Assembly (NCBI RefSeq): GCF_033153115.1
Contig: NW_026889750.1
Span: 28,954,001-29,018,000, forward strand
From: Saccostrea echinata
Taxonomy: Eukaryota
Length of the DNA: 64,000 nt
Reading direction: 5' to 3'
Position 1 is the stretch's first letter. Every line of letters starts with the position of its first letter. Position numbers and translations under genes: made by a program. A model generated the notes under the pieces. The model was not told the DNA's origin. It saw only the letters and a list, made by a program, of their open reading frames with translations, and did not search any database. This document shows, in pieces, positions 25,998 to 38,463 of the stretch.

Positions 25998-26600
25998 GTT
26001 TCAAGACAGTTTAGATAGTGGGATCTTCAATACCTCATTGGACTGGTGAGGAGGCAGGGAGGAGACCAGGTGGAAAGAACCTCAGTCTTGGGATTGACAT
26101 CACTTGGAAGGGAATAAGAGGGCTGAAATGGGAAGACCTTGACAAAGTGTTAACTGAGGAACTAAAGCATCAACCAAACCCAGATGTATTGATTATCCAT
26201 GCAGGGTCAAATGATCTCACAACATCTGGCAATACTGCACTAAGAATTTCACATGAAATTCAATGTAGTTTGTATCGTTATAATGTAATGCTTCCAAAAA
26301 CCTTGCTCATTTGGTCAGCAATGCTTCCCCGTCTTTACTGGCACGGTGCACCTCTAGGCAAGGGCGGGGCTAAGATTGATTTAAAAAGGCGCAAGGTTAA
26401 CAAAGCTATTAGAAAATATTACGTCTGAAGTTAATGGGGCTTGTATCGTCCATGACAAAAATATCAATGTTCATCAAAGCAGTTTATTTAGATACGATGG
26501 AACTCATTTATCAGAAAGGGGAAACAAGGCTTACTTAAATAATATCCAGGATGGTTTGGAATTCATTTTAGGGGGGAAGGGCAAAATTTTTCCTCCTGCA
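25998..26600 (+). pseudogene. Ngaro SGNH/GDSL hydrolase ORF with a TAG at 26012 and a frameshift near 26420
   Basis: Blocks V*IVGSS, GIRG, IIHAGSND and RYDGTHLS (~26490-26513). Confidence 0.82.
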
Positions 26601-27978
26601 TTATTTTGTTCTTATGGGTCAGTCGCGATAACCTGTCAGGGGCTTACAACTGACAAACATTGTTTTCGGCAAATTTAGTGAGGAACTAGTCATTGGCTTA
26701 ATACTGACGAATATTGTTTGGGGCAAATTGTACTGGGGAACATCATATCGATGTTAGTGGCGGGGTCAAGGGAGAAATCATCCCTGCATAAGCTTAACCT
26801 GTTTGTCTCTGCCCATCTGCATCAAAGCATGAGGGGTGTCTCATGGCTGTGTGTTAACATGGAAGTTAAATGCCATTGAGGATATGTGTGGAAGAAGTGT
26901 AAATTGCTTGGGGTCTGCAGCATTTTGGTGCTCAGACCCCCTCTACCTCTATAAAAGGAGGAGAGGCTACAGGCTGGTTGGTGTAAAAGTTCTAAACCAG
27001 GTAGCAAGCCAGAGATAGGGTGAAAAAGCTGTGCAGCTTGTGTGCCTAGCCACCATGCGTGTCAGGCATGGGGTTCCATGGCACTCGCATCTAAGCGAGG
27101 CCACTAGTTTGCCCGTTTGTTTATGGTATCCTAGTTGTCTCCCTTGACTCCTACAAAATTTGCGGCCATTTCCATCCAACATTTTGTGTATTGTACTATA
27201 GTGATATGATTGCTTAATAAACTTATGAAAGGTTAAAATTGGCGTTGTCAATTCTCAACAGTGGCTGGAAGACAGTACAGTATAATAATATGAGAAGGTA
27301 GAGAAAGCAAAGCCATGGTTGGCTGCAATATTCAATTCGTTTTATGGATGATTAATTCAACACAATGAACATTGCAATGACGTACTTCGTTATTGTAAAC
27401 GTAAATATCAAACAATTTGCTATTTCATATGAAAGTAGTGAGAAATTTTACATAAATGGATTGTGGCAGGTTCCTAAGAAAAAGTGTTAACTAACACACT
27501 AACCATATTGTAGACATGCCAGGTTTAAAAAGCCAAGATAAAACAAAACAAAGAAGAGATTCACAGAAGGATGGTGTGTAAAGTCATCTGTTGAAAATCT
27601 AAAAGGTGATATGTTTGTATGAGTGGTCTATCTTTGAGCTTAACTCCACTGAAAGGAAATGAGTAAATAATGTCACATTGAAGGAGGGGGGATATAGTGG
27701 TATCTAATGCTACATATGCAGTAGGCCTCTAAACATATACTACTCAACTTAAAACGTTGGAAATACAGGTCAAATTCTACATTAAACCAATGAGTTTCTG
27801 TAAAAAGGAATCCAAGTTTAAAAAATCATATTGTTAAGTATTAAATACATCATTTCAGATAATCAAAAGCAAGTTTAGTAATTTTTGTATAAGATACTAC
27901 GCCGAGTGAGTTTAAGGAATGAGATTTCTCAGTGGTTTTTTGACCCCCTTCGAAATTATATTTTTTTCCTGCTCTTAA

Positions 27979-28068
27979 GGCCATAATATGCTGAAAAAGT
28001 ATTTTCAATGATTGTAAAACAGTTTGTTTAAGATTTATTATAATCGCTGAAAAACATTTTTTCTTAAA

Positions 28069-28125
<57 letters not shown>

Positions 28126-28381
28126 TAAGGACAACAATTTTGGAAGATGTCAATTTTTCATGCTTTTGCTGAGGTATATCTGTCTCGGGCCGTTTTTGAG
28201 GGGTTGTCCAGCCCTCAAATTTCAATCCTTTATTTAATTTGTGTGAATTAAGAATAAAATTTATATTAAAATGTTGAAAAAATATATCTTGTACACTTAA
28301 AATAGATATGAATCTTTAATTGTTTTTATTTATGCTAAAATATTGAGAAAACTGTTTTTAAAAAGTACGCCATATGATGGC
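27979..28381. mobile_element. Kolobok-type MITE containing a (TC)n tract at 28073-28120
   Basis: TTAA-GGCCATAATATG ... CATATGATGGC-TTAA. Confidence 0.55.
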
Positions 28382-29221
28382 TTAAGAGAGGTAACTCTTG
28401 TTTACTGAGAACATCAAAACATCATGTATTGAAAAAGAAATGGACGTCTATTTGCCTTGACAGTAAAACAAACCAAGTTTTTTTCTTCATGAGTAATGTT
28501 TTAGTTTTATATATATCGTAAGCAAATACAAATTACCTTACAATCCCAGGCCTCATTCGAGGAACCCGGAAGGTTCGATTCAATGTAAAAGTAGAGCTAT
28601 CTAAAGTTTCGGACCTTTTTAATCTTTGAGATCTAATGGGTTTTGGAAAGTAATATGTTTCAAAACACCTGTACTAATCCTTTTTAACGACAATTAAGGC
28701 AAATTCTTTCTCTACATGATTAATCACATTCGTCAAGTATGGCAAGTCAAACGTTGAAATGTTTGATCGTTTCCAGTTGTATTATAAAAATTCTTATTTA
28801 TATTATATAACTTTTACTTTGTATTCTATATTTTCCATTTGTACTGTTTATTTCTTATTTGTATTCTATATATTTTTTTAAATTGTATTCCATATTTTCC
28901 ATTTGTATTTTATAATTCTCCAGTTGTACTCTGTATTTTCCATTTCTATTGTAAGATTTTCATTTGTATTATATAAATTATATATATATTTCATTTGTAC
29001 TTAACATTTTCCATTTGTATTGTAAATATTTAATTTGTATTGTATAATTTTTTTTATTTGTATGCGAAATTTTTTCATTTGTATTGTATCTGAGGGATTG
29101 TTTATTTGTTTCGTTACGAAGGATTTCATTGGTCAAGTGTAAGCCTGTAACCGTGTTGAAACCGAGCCAGATGCACATGGTGCTCAAAGCATACTGGGCT
29201 CCTATTTGTGTACAAGTAATT

Positions 29222-29567
29222 GGACAACCATTTGATTCTGAAGGGGGGGGGGGGCTTGAGGCTTTCGGTATTAAATAATCTGTCCTCAAAAATGCTGAAA
29301 ATCAATAAATGATATGTTCCCCTTTGGGGAGAAAATGTAAATAATCAGACCTTGACTAGTGAAACTTATCCCCTTCCCCACAAAACGGATATGCAGATTT
29401 CCTTTTTCTCCCCTTCACTTTTTGGCTTGTTAACTTATTCCAGGGAAGAAAATGAATAACATGTCTCTGGTCATCTTGGAAATAAATATTCTGTCCTGCG
29501 AGAGCATGAAAATAAACAACTCAATAGAATTTGCCATCCCAACCCCTTCAGAATCAAATGGTCTTCT
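29222..29567. mobile_element. MITE in the centre of the foldback element
   Basis: Perfect 20-bp inverted repeat ACCATTTGATTCTGAAGGGG (29227-29246 / 29543-29562). Confidence 0.7.
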
Positions 29568-29869
29568 TCTACATGTAACGTGCACGCAAATATACCAGTT
29601 AACGTTGAGCGCCCTAAACATCTCGCTGGTTTTTACAGCTGTACAGTCGTAAATTTGAAATCCTTCTTAACGAAACAAATAAGCAATCCCTCGGATACAA
29701 TACAAATAAAAATTTATCACATACAAATAAAATTTAAAAAAAAAAAACCTACTGACAATTAAGAATTCAAAAGAATATATACAATAGAAATTAAATTTTT
29801 CCAATACGAATGGAGAAGATAGGAAAATATTTCTGTCTGTCTGAATATACTGAAAGGAAAATGGAAACG

Positions 29870-31092
29870 CAGAATAACATAATACGCGAAATATTTTTGA
29901 CCTCATGACCGAAAACTGTGGACACAGGGATATCTTGGTAACTGTGCACTCAGATCGGTGTTCAGAATGACTTAACTGTGAAATGTATGACGTCACATAG
30001 GAAAAATGATAAAACACAAAAAACACGTGCAAAGTGATGATAAAAGATTTGTCAACACATCTTGTAAAACCACCTGATGCATTGGAGGTATGCACATATT
30101 AAATATATATGATATTTAAAGACAATTTGAATATCTTGCAATCATGGTACGACTGACAGAAGCACATATTAAATATATTCGATATTTAAAGACAATTTGA
30201 ATATCTTGCAATCATGGTACGACTGACAGAAGTTCTATGGGGTCTGGCTATTGCATTGCCTAAGGAAAGAAAGAGGCAACAACAGGTTGCTGTGCAGTTT
30301 AATATTTTCTTTTAATATCAAAGAACGTCTTATCCGTCGTCAGAGAGGAGCTGGAAAGGTTTCCATCCAACCATGACGATGACGTTGGCGGGTAACATCG
30401 CCACATCAAGATTGGGCTATTCATCCTGCCACCTCACTACCACAGCTATTAATACAGTAGGCAATCATAATCGTTTCATTCACCCCAAAACTGAAAGAAG
30501 CCGATTGTGCTATTTTGGTTTGTTAGCTCGTCAACTTTACGTCGATGTTCCCTTTACTCGCGCATGTATGCGTCGTATGTCTAATTTTTCAGCATGTTAT
30601 ATCCCAAGGCATAATGTAGCCAGAGTTTGTCAAGACTTTCTAGTTAATATTACATGTAATTCACTCGACTGGCCTCCGTACAAACCACCATTTTCTCCAG
30701 TCAAACATTTGTGGGACTAACTGGGCAGCAGGGTTTGATGATGTCGGAATGTCCTAGCTACTCTCGATCAAATGAGGGCTACCTCGTGAAAAGAGTTGAA
30801 TAATATCCCCATAAGAAATATACATGCACTGATAAACTCCGGAGGAGAATCAAGACTCTGACAGATGCACGAGGGAGGAATAGGAGATAATGAAAATTTT
30901 AGATTTCTACTTTTGGCGGGTACCACCATTTGAGTTTCAATAACTGATGAAATATCAGTCAAAATCGAAAGAGATTTTGGTTACCTGTTGACTAAAGATA
31001 CGATGTTTGATAACAATACTGGAAAAAACCTTAGAAAAAATAACCTTGAAAAACTTCAAAATTTTAACCTGCATTTCTTTTTCCATTCAATG
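29870..31092 (+). mobile_element. Decayed Tc1-like transposon
   Basis: N-terminal MVRLTE...AIA...QQVAVQFN HTH remnant and DWPPYKPPFSPVKHLWD (compare WPPQSPDLNPIEHLW); 70-bp tandem duplication at 30092-30231. Boundaries approximate. Confidence 0.7.
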
Positions 31093-31182
31093 TGGAATAC
31101 AAATAAAAATTTATACAATACAAATAAGAATTTTTACAATACAAATGGAAAAGATCAAATATCGCTACGTTTGACATGCCAT

Positions 31183-31615
31183 CCCTATCAAAAAAATACT
31201 ATAGTTAACTATAGTTTACTATAGTTAACTATAGTGACAATAGTGATAACTTTGACACTTTGAAAACTTTGATTTACTATAGCGATAATTTTGACACTTT
31301 GATTTACTAAAGTGATAACTATGAAAACTTTGATTTACTATGGTGAAAACTTTGATTTACTATAGTGATAATTTTGACACTTTGATTTACTAAAGTGATA
31401 ACTATGAATACTTTGATTTACTATGGTGAAAACTTTGATTTACTATAGTGATAACTTTGAAACGTTCATTTACTATAGTGATAACTACGACACTATAGTG
31501 ATCACTTTGAAAACTTTGATTTACTATAGTGATCACTATGACACTATAGTGATCACTTTAAAAACTTTGATTTACCAAAGTGATAACTTTGACACTTTGA
31601 TTTACTATAGTTAGG
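31183..31615. repeat. Truncated relative of the 16601 minisatellite element
   Basis: Same CCCTA.CAAAAAAATACTA start and a TTTGATTTACTATAGTGA tandem array. Confidence 0.75.
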
Positions 31616-34600
31616 AATAGTCAAGAAACATTATTACCTACTTGATGAACATAGAAAACAAAGGAAAATAACTTTTATTAAATATCCTGTAACAAAAGTT
31701 TCTTAACTGGGAAATTACTTAATATTTCTTCTTTTATTACATGTACCTTGAGTTTTACATGTATAATATTAACAACATCACACAGCTTTTTGATCTCTTC
31801 CCTGGTATCAGCCCTCGGATGGTTTCAGCCCTCGCCCTCTATGGCTAAAAAAATGTGAATTTTAAGTTAAAACTGACTNNNNNNNNNNNNNNNNNNNNNN
31901 NNNNNNNNNNNNNNNNNNNNNNNNNNNNNNNNNNNNNNNNNNNNNNNNNNNNNNNNNNNNNNNNNNNNNNNNNNNNNNNNNNNNNNNNNNNNNNNNNNNN
32001 NNNNNNNNNNNNNNNNNAATTGTACAAATTTCGATTTTAATTCAATTTTTGAGTTTATGTTTATGTATATATATCATGGTAGAAAATCATATTTGAATAT
32101 TTGATTACAATCCAGGGTTGTACCAATGCCAAATTAAGCCACTTTTAATAAATGAATTATAGTCCATAATATGAATCATTACCCATCTAAACGTTTGTAG
32201 CTATGACAACAACACAGTACAGCACGACCAAGTGAATTGTTTTTGGTTAAAAATATTGATCGGGACAATTTGATGAAGTAGGTTGAAAAATTCTCAAATA
32301 CCTCTTGATTTTTAGAAAATGGGTTTCAAATACAGATCTCATACTTCTAGGAAAACAGTAATATCTCTTTATTATTTGTTTCAAATCGAAACAAAGTCTT
32401 TTCTTTTTACAATTTGGTGTCTTACTTTTTTTAAAATGACGTTTCGGGTGAACTGAGTGATCGTATAGTCATGAATTTTTGTTACGTTCTAGACGCAAAA
32501 CGGTAGGAACCTACATCGTTTTTGAGTACAATAGGACAGACGTGAAAAAAAAAAAACTGAACACGAGTTTAATTCCTTGGGGATAAATTTTTGATAATGT
32601 CGATATTAATTTTCTAGTTAGAGGACTACTTTTCAATAATCTTTTCTTTCATGAAACTGTTTTATGTGTTCCTCTGTTATTGTTAACACATTCCTGTTTC
32701 TTTTATGATGCCGGGCAAACAAACAAAAGAAAACTAAACAATCTAAAACAGAACAAAAACAGCAAGAAAAAGATTATAACATTGTAGTCTATCATTTATT
32801 CGAATAGTTGAAGAAAAGTAAAAATAAGACTCCGTGTGTGTATGTGGAAGGAGGGCAGAAGAGAGGCGACCAAAAGCAAAGAAAAAAGAAAACAAGAAAA
32901 AAAAAACCACCAAGGCTTTCTATATTATGCAATTGTGGAGCATTCCAAAATTGTGGTTATGATAGGCCTCTCATCAAATAAGACTAGGAGGTAACAAAAT
33001 GAACACCAAAAAGACAAATATAATGGTGGACTTATGGGGTTGACACAGGGTTTCCATTTAGAATAGGTCTTCGGGAAGCCACTCTGATTGGCTAAACATG
33101 TAATTGTATACAACAGTGTAATGGTTTAAAATTAGAAACTTGACCCAGAGATAGTTCAGACTATTGACATACTTATTAAAATATAAAAAATACATTTCAT
33201 GTTTACCTCACATAATATGATAATACTATTTGTACACTGTAATTCAGTTGGGAAAATTAGGAAAATATATTAGCCATAAATGCAAGCACTTCATAAAAAT
33301 GATATAAATAATTTATTTATATTCCTGTGTAATGGCCAAGACTCCTAAGCTTGTTACATTATGAAGTCAGGTAAAACAACATTGAGAGTGAAAATGTCAG
33401 TTATTAATGGTTACAATGAAAAATAAGATAAAATACATCAGCAATGGGTTAAGAGAAACTAGGGTGAAAACGAAAATGAAAATGAAAAAAAAAAACTCCT
33501 TACTTCTCGTAAACTCTTTGACGTCGTCTTAGTAGTAATTTTGCTATTCAATAGAATTCCTTAAGCTAGTGCATCTTTTTAGATACACATGTAAGCAATA
33601 TTAGGGTTCACGCTATCTAAGGTGCAAATAAAGGTTATTTTTGTTGATGTCTGTGGTAGTGAATAACACAGATAAGAAATACAGATATTTTAAACAAAGC
33701 TTCCCTTAATGTATTCAATGAGTTCAAACATTATATTTCAATTTTGTGATACTAGCTGTCTTCAAACTGAATTTAATCTCATTCAATAATTCTAAAAATG
33801 ATTCAATGCACGTTAGCATTCAAGGATTGAAATTACAAATCTGATCAGATCCGTCTGATACAAAGTCGAATAGAACTGCTCGAACATCACAAATGGCGGG
33901 AAACGTTTTCTGATATTTTAGAAAACTTATCCAGATGCTAATATTCTCGAGTTCATTGATTTAGATTCTTTATTCTATTTGAAAGAAGTTTTTATTTTTC
34001 GGTAGTTAACTTCCTGTATTCTTGCATTTTGTTTAAATGTTAAATAGCCTTACCTTCATGCCTGGGAAATAGAATACATACGATCATAAAATTGTTATAT
34101 TATATGAATTACGAAGATTTGTATGCCAAATTCTAAAGATGTATTTTATGCTTTGTCCAATAGATCATTTCGTTGTACATAAGGTGTTTCTAAACATTGA
34201 ACAATGTAAATATAATCCAAGACGATCAATTCATTCTGACTACGAATGTTCTAGAGAGAAACCCAAGCTGTTTTATTAATTTATACGTCTTTATGGATAT
34301 TTATTAAGAGCAGGTCATAAGAATAGATACGCACATTTCTTGCACTTAGTGGAAATATTTTACAGTTTTTGATATTTATACATATATATTTCATATACTT
34401 TTCTGATGTTATAACATTATTCAATAATCATCCCGATATCTTCATTGACTAATTTGACCAAAATAATTATAAACTGTTTATTTTTGTATTTACGAAGAGA
34501 AAAGCCAGCAAGAGGCAGTTGGGCCACATTTTTCATTCATGCACCTTCGCCATACCGATCTTCAAATTTTAAAGAGATTTTTCTCTATGTATTCTCATGA

Positions 34601-35876
34601 AATATTTGGGCTCCGTATTGTGGCTCTACCCTGACCTAAAGGGTTTATGACTTATAATGACTTTAATTTACACCTGATGGCAGTTCGGAGTATTAATACG
34701 AATTATTAGGTTATTGCTGTTCTGGAGGAGATTTTCAAAATATGTTTGTATAACGTGTGAAAAATCTGATCCCGTATTTATAGTGTCGCCAAAAGCCCAT
34801 AACTCATGATTAAAACAAACTTGAATCCACACTACATGTACGTGCCAAAGGGAATGTTTTTGTATCAATATGAATGAGACATTAACCTAACTGATGGTTT
34901 GTATAAATTTGAATTTGAAATACTTGAAAATCTTAATTTGCATATCAGTATGATTAATCATGGAATTGTAGTTCTCGAAAAGGGATTTTTTTTTTTTAGA
35001 TATTTACCTAGACATATTCACATGAAAAACGTTCCGTGGATCTACTGTAGGCCTGCGGGCTACAGATAACAAACTTGAATCTTTCTGAGGATTCTTTCAT
35101 ATTTATATGACTACACTTGTTCCTGCTGTGCTTGAGGAATTTTTTTCTATTTCCCTAGTAAAATTTCGATCCCTTATTTTGGCCCCATCCTACCCACGAA
35201 AACCTTGACTTGAATATGAATTGGTACTTTATAATGATGACCCTGTTGTTCTTGAGAAGATGTGTAAAGATTTTTTCCAATACATTCCTAGAAAAACTAT
35301 TATCCCGCATTGTGGCATCACCCCCCCCCCCCTCGGGTGCCACATTTGAACAAATGTAAGTCTTCACAATCTGAGGATGAATGCATAAAAAGACCAATAA
35401 TAGTCCTGCTTATCATGAGAAGAGGATTTTAAAAGTTTTTCCCCTTTATATTCCCTTGTTAAATTTTGATCCCCTTTTGTGGCTCTATATTGTGAGAAAT
35501 CAAGAAAGGTGAAGGTCAAAATATAATGACACAGTTGAATTGCTCTTACCGACATGAATCTTGTATGATGCTGGAAAGTCAATGTTATAAGAAAGGTCAA
35601 TGTCAAAGAATAAATAAAATAATGAATCAATTGAATTACTTTTACAATTATTATAATATCTTTGTACAGAATTTGTTTAAAATATCTAGAAAAATGAATT
35701 AATCTAATGGGGACAATACAAAATGTGACCAGATTGAACTGCTCTAATTCTTTTTGTACCAACTGAAGATTGATGAAAAGTAAATTTTACAGTTTCTTTG
35801 AAACAAAGATAAATTCAAAACAAAGTGAGGTCGAGGTCATAGGGAAGGTCAAGGTCAGACAATATTGACACTGTTA

Positions 35877-36511
35877 CAGGGCTCGACATTAACTCCTGTT
35901 CGCTAGTCCGGTACCAGTTTATTTTTTTCACGGAAAACAGATTATGTCCGATTGGACAAGTCATTTTTTGGGGGGAAGAATTTTTTAAGCTTAACATGAA
36001 AAACTTAAAGCTGTTATCAACCTTTTATCGGAAGTTCAAAGTCAAAAGCATGCAGTGCGTAAATAGTTCGTTTCGATTCCGGTCAAACTCGATCAATATT
36101 AAAGTTCCTTCGATATTAGTTGCATGGTTCTAACGAAATTGGATTTTAAATATCAGGCAGGAAAGCTGTACAAAAGGAGACAAGTGTTATAGAAAAGATT
36201 AAAGAAAGAAAGCAAATAAACCTTTGATTTTTTTTTTCTTTTTGTTGCTATTTTTCTATTATATCTATAAAGCATTTACCACTACTTAGGACAGCATGAT
36301 ACAGTTTAGCTTCATAATTTGCAATATGTGACAGAAAATCATAAAACAGACGAAGAAAATATATTATAAACTCTATTTTAATGTACAATATTTTTCAAAT
36401 TGTAAAAAGTTTAATGTAATATTTTCGTACAAGTAAAATTTATGTTCGGAGAAATAAATTTCACAATCACTTGTCCGAGTGGACAAGAAAAAACGTTATT
36501 GTAGAGTCCTG
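35877..36511. mobile_element. hAT-like MITE
   Basis: TIRs CAGGGCTCGACATTAAC / GTTATTGTAGAGTCCTG (14/17); no clear TSD. Confidence 0.5.
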
Positions 36512-36665
36512 CAGCTGAATACCTTTGGTTCTGTCAGTAACAGTAAAAAGGAACATAAATTACCTTTATTGTTCTAGTATACATTGTCTAAAGAATAGCT
36601 TTCGTTAAGAATTTGGTCAATATTGTTTAAATCTAAACCATCTTGTTTTGTCTTGCCCCGTTATA

Positions 36666-37465
36666 AGCAGACCTTTTTTGTATTCATATGAAGCAGAATT
36701 TGTCCAAAATCTTATACATGAAAAGAAGAAAACACTTGCTGTGGCCTTCAACTCGACATTTAGATATATCGACGACTTATTGTCAATTAACAATGGTTAT
36801 TTCCATTCTCATGTCGATACGATATATCCCGGTGAGCTTGAGAAAAAAGATACTACAGAGTCTGACACATCTGTTTCATATTTGGATATTTTACTTGAAA
36901 AAGACGTTAATGGTAATCTAACAACCAAGCTTTATGATAAAAGTGATGACTTTAACTTTTCAATCGTCAACTTCCCTTACTTATGCAGCAATATACCTTC
37001 ATCACCTGCATACGGGGTTTATATCTCTCAGTTGATTCGATATGCAAGAGCATGCTCTACGTATGCACAATTTCTAAAACGAGGTAAATTACTGACAAAC
37101 AAGTTGATGAAACAAGAATATCAGCAGTCTCGTTTAAAGTCATCATTTCGTAAGTTCTATGGTCGATACAATAACCTTGTCAGCAAATACAATTTATCAT
37201 TGAGTCAAATGCTGACTGACGTTTTTCATACTAATTGTTTCGCCATTATTTACACACTGAATTGTCGAAGGATTTTTCCGTTATTCCTGATCATGACAAG
37301 GAGCACACGGCGGGTGTGACCGGTCGCCAGGGGATGCTCACTCCTCCATGGCACCTGATCCCACCTCTGATGTTTTGGAGGTCCGTGTTTGCTCTGCACC
37401 TATTTTGTAATGTTTAATGGACTTTTGAGCTTGAATACTGTTCGTTATCTCCATATATTTCATTT
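36666..37465 (+). mobile_element. 5'-truncated PLE (RT C-terminal half plus 3' tail); best-preserved copy of the second family
   Basis: FLYSYEAEF, FNSTFRYIDD, SYLD and LYDKSDDFNFSIVNFPYLCSNIPSSPAYGVYISQLIRYARAC in ORF 36648-37319. Confidence 0.88.
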
Positions 37466-37651
37466 ATGAGATAACCTCAAAATTATTTATACATTTAAAA
37501 AAAAAATAGGAGTACTATATTTTATAAGTATTGCATTGCAAATTAACTTGCCTCCTTTTGATATTTATTTTACTGGGACAACAATACCGGTACTCTAACA
37601 TACAAACTGGCAGTTAAGCATAAGGAGACATCTACAGAGAGGCTTGCAAAG

Positions 37652-38463
37652 TTGCCTAGCGGCATTTCTAGACATATTCAGTGCAACACTATTAATCATA
37701 TGGCTGAGTCGAGCACTACCACAGAGATTTGCCCCCCGGAAGCAGAAGCGGAAACTCCAAGAACCCTGAAAACAACAAAAAATGAAGAGGCACCGCAATC
37801 TCAAAGTGGATCAACTCTCATAATTGGAAGTTCAATCCTTCAAAGAGTGAGAACCCGTGGATGGAATAAATTTGTGAAAGTGTCTACAAATAGAGGAGCC
37901 AAAGTGTCCCATATAAGAGCAAAATTGGCCAAAATGAATGTGTCGCTCTTTCGTCATATTATCATTCAGGCAGGTGGGAATGATGTTTCAAGTAACCGCG
38001 ATCCGGAAGCAACTGAAAACTACTTCGTGGAAATTATTTGTGATCTTCAAAAACGGCACCCAGGAATACAAGTGTACCTCTCCGAAGTCTTGCCACGTAG
38101 GGATGCAGATGTTAGTGTGGTAAATGAGATTATTAAATATGTGTGCAAAGAATACGGAGCTATTCTATCCCGATGAGCAAGTCTTTCCAAAAAAATCAGG
38201 CAAGCGAGCTCTACGGGAAAGATGGCATTCATTTGTCTGATAAAGGCACAGCTGAATTACTAAAAAACATAAACCAGTATGTTTATATTCTTAAACAAAA
38301 GGACAACAGTGTTAATACCGATTCATTTGCAGTAAGGAAGTGTTTTTGTTTCTATTGTGGAGAAGAGGCCCACTCTACTCGGAACTGTCGACATGGGAAA
38401 AAAGTATCTTGTTGGCATTGTGGTAAAAAATGGGACATAAGCAAAAGTTTTGTTCCTTTTAGG
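37652..38463 (+). pseudogene. LINE ORF1: SGNH esterase plus two CCHC knuckles, frameshifted
   Basis: IIGSS, RGAKV, IQAGGND and DGIHLS; CFYCGEEAHSTRNC and CWHCGKK. Confidence 0.85.

Larger units (their letters stand above)
22277..27455 (+). mobile_element. Ngaro-type (DIRS order) tyrosine-recombinase retrotransposon
   Basis: Gene order gag - RT/RNaseH - YR - SGNH hydrolase; ~118-bp direct repeat at 22277-22394 and 27338-27455. Confidence 0.92.
28739..31182. mobile_element. Foldback-like element with long repetitive inverted arms and nested insertions
   Basis: Termini ATGGCAAGTCAAACGT / ACGTTTGACATGCCAT; CATTTGTAT repeats in the left arm are mirrored by ATACAAAT repeats in the right arm. Confidence 0.7.

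Noticed and set aside
27850-28137. ORFs with ERERER or SLSLSL runs (also 60171-60392)
   Set aside because: These are translations of (TC)n microsatellites.
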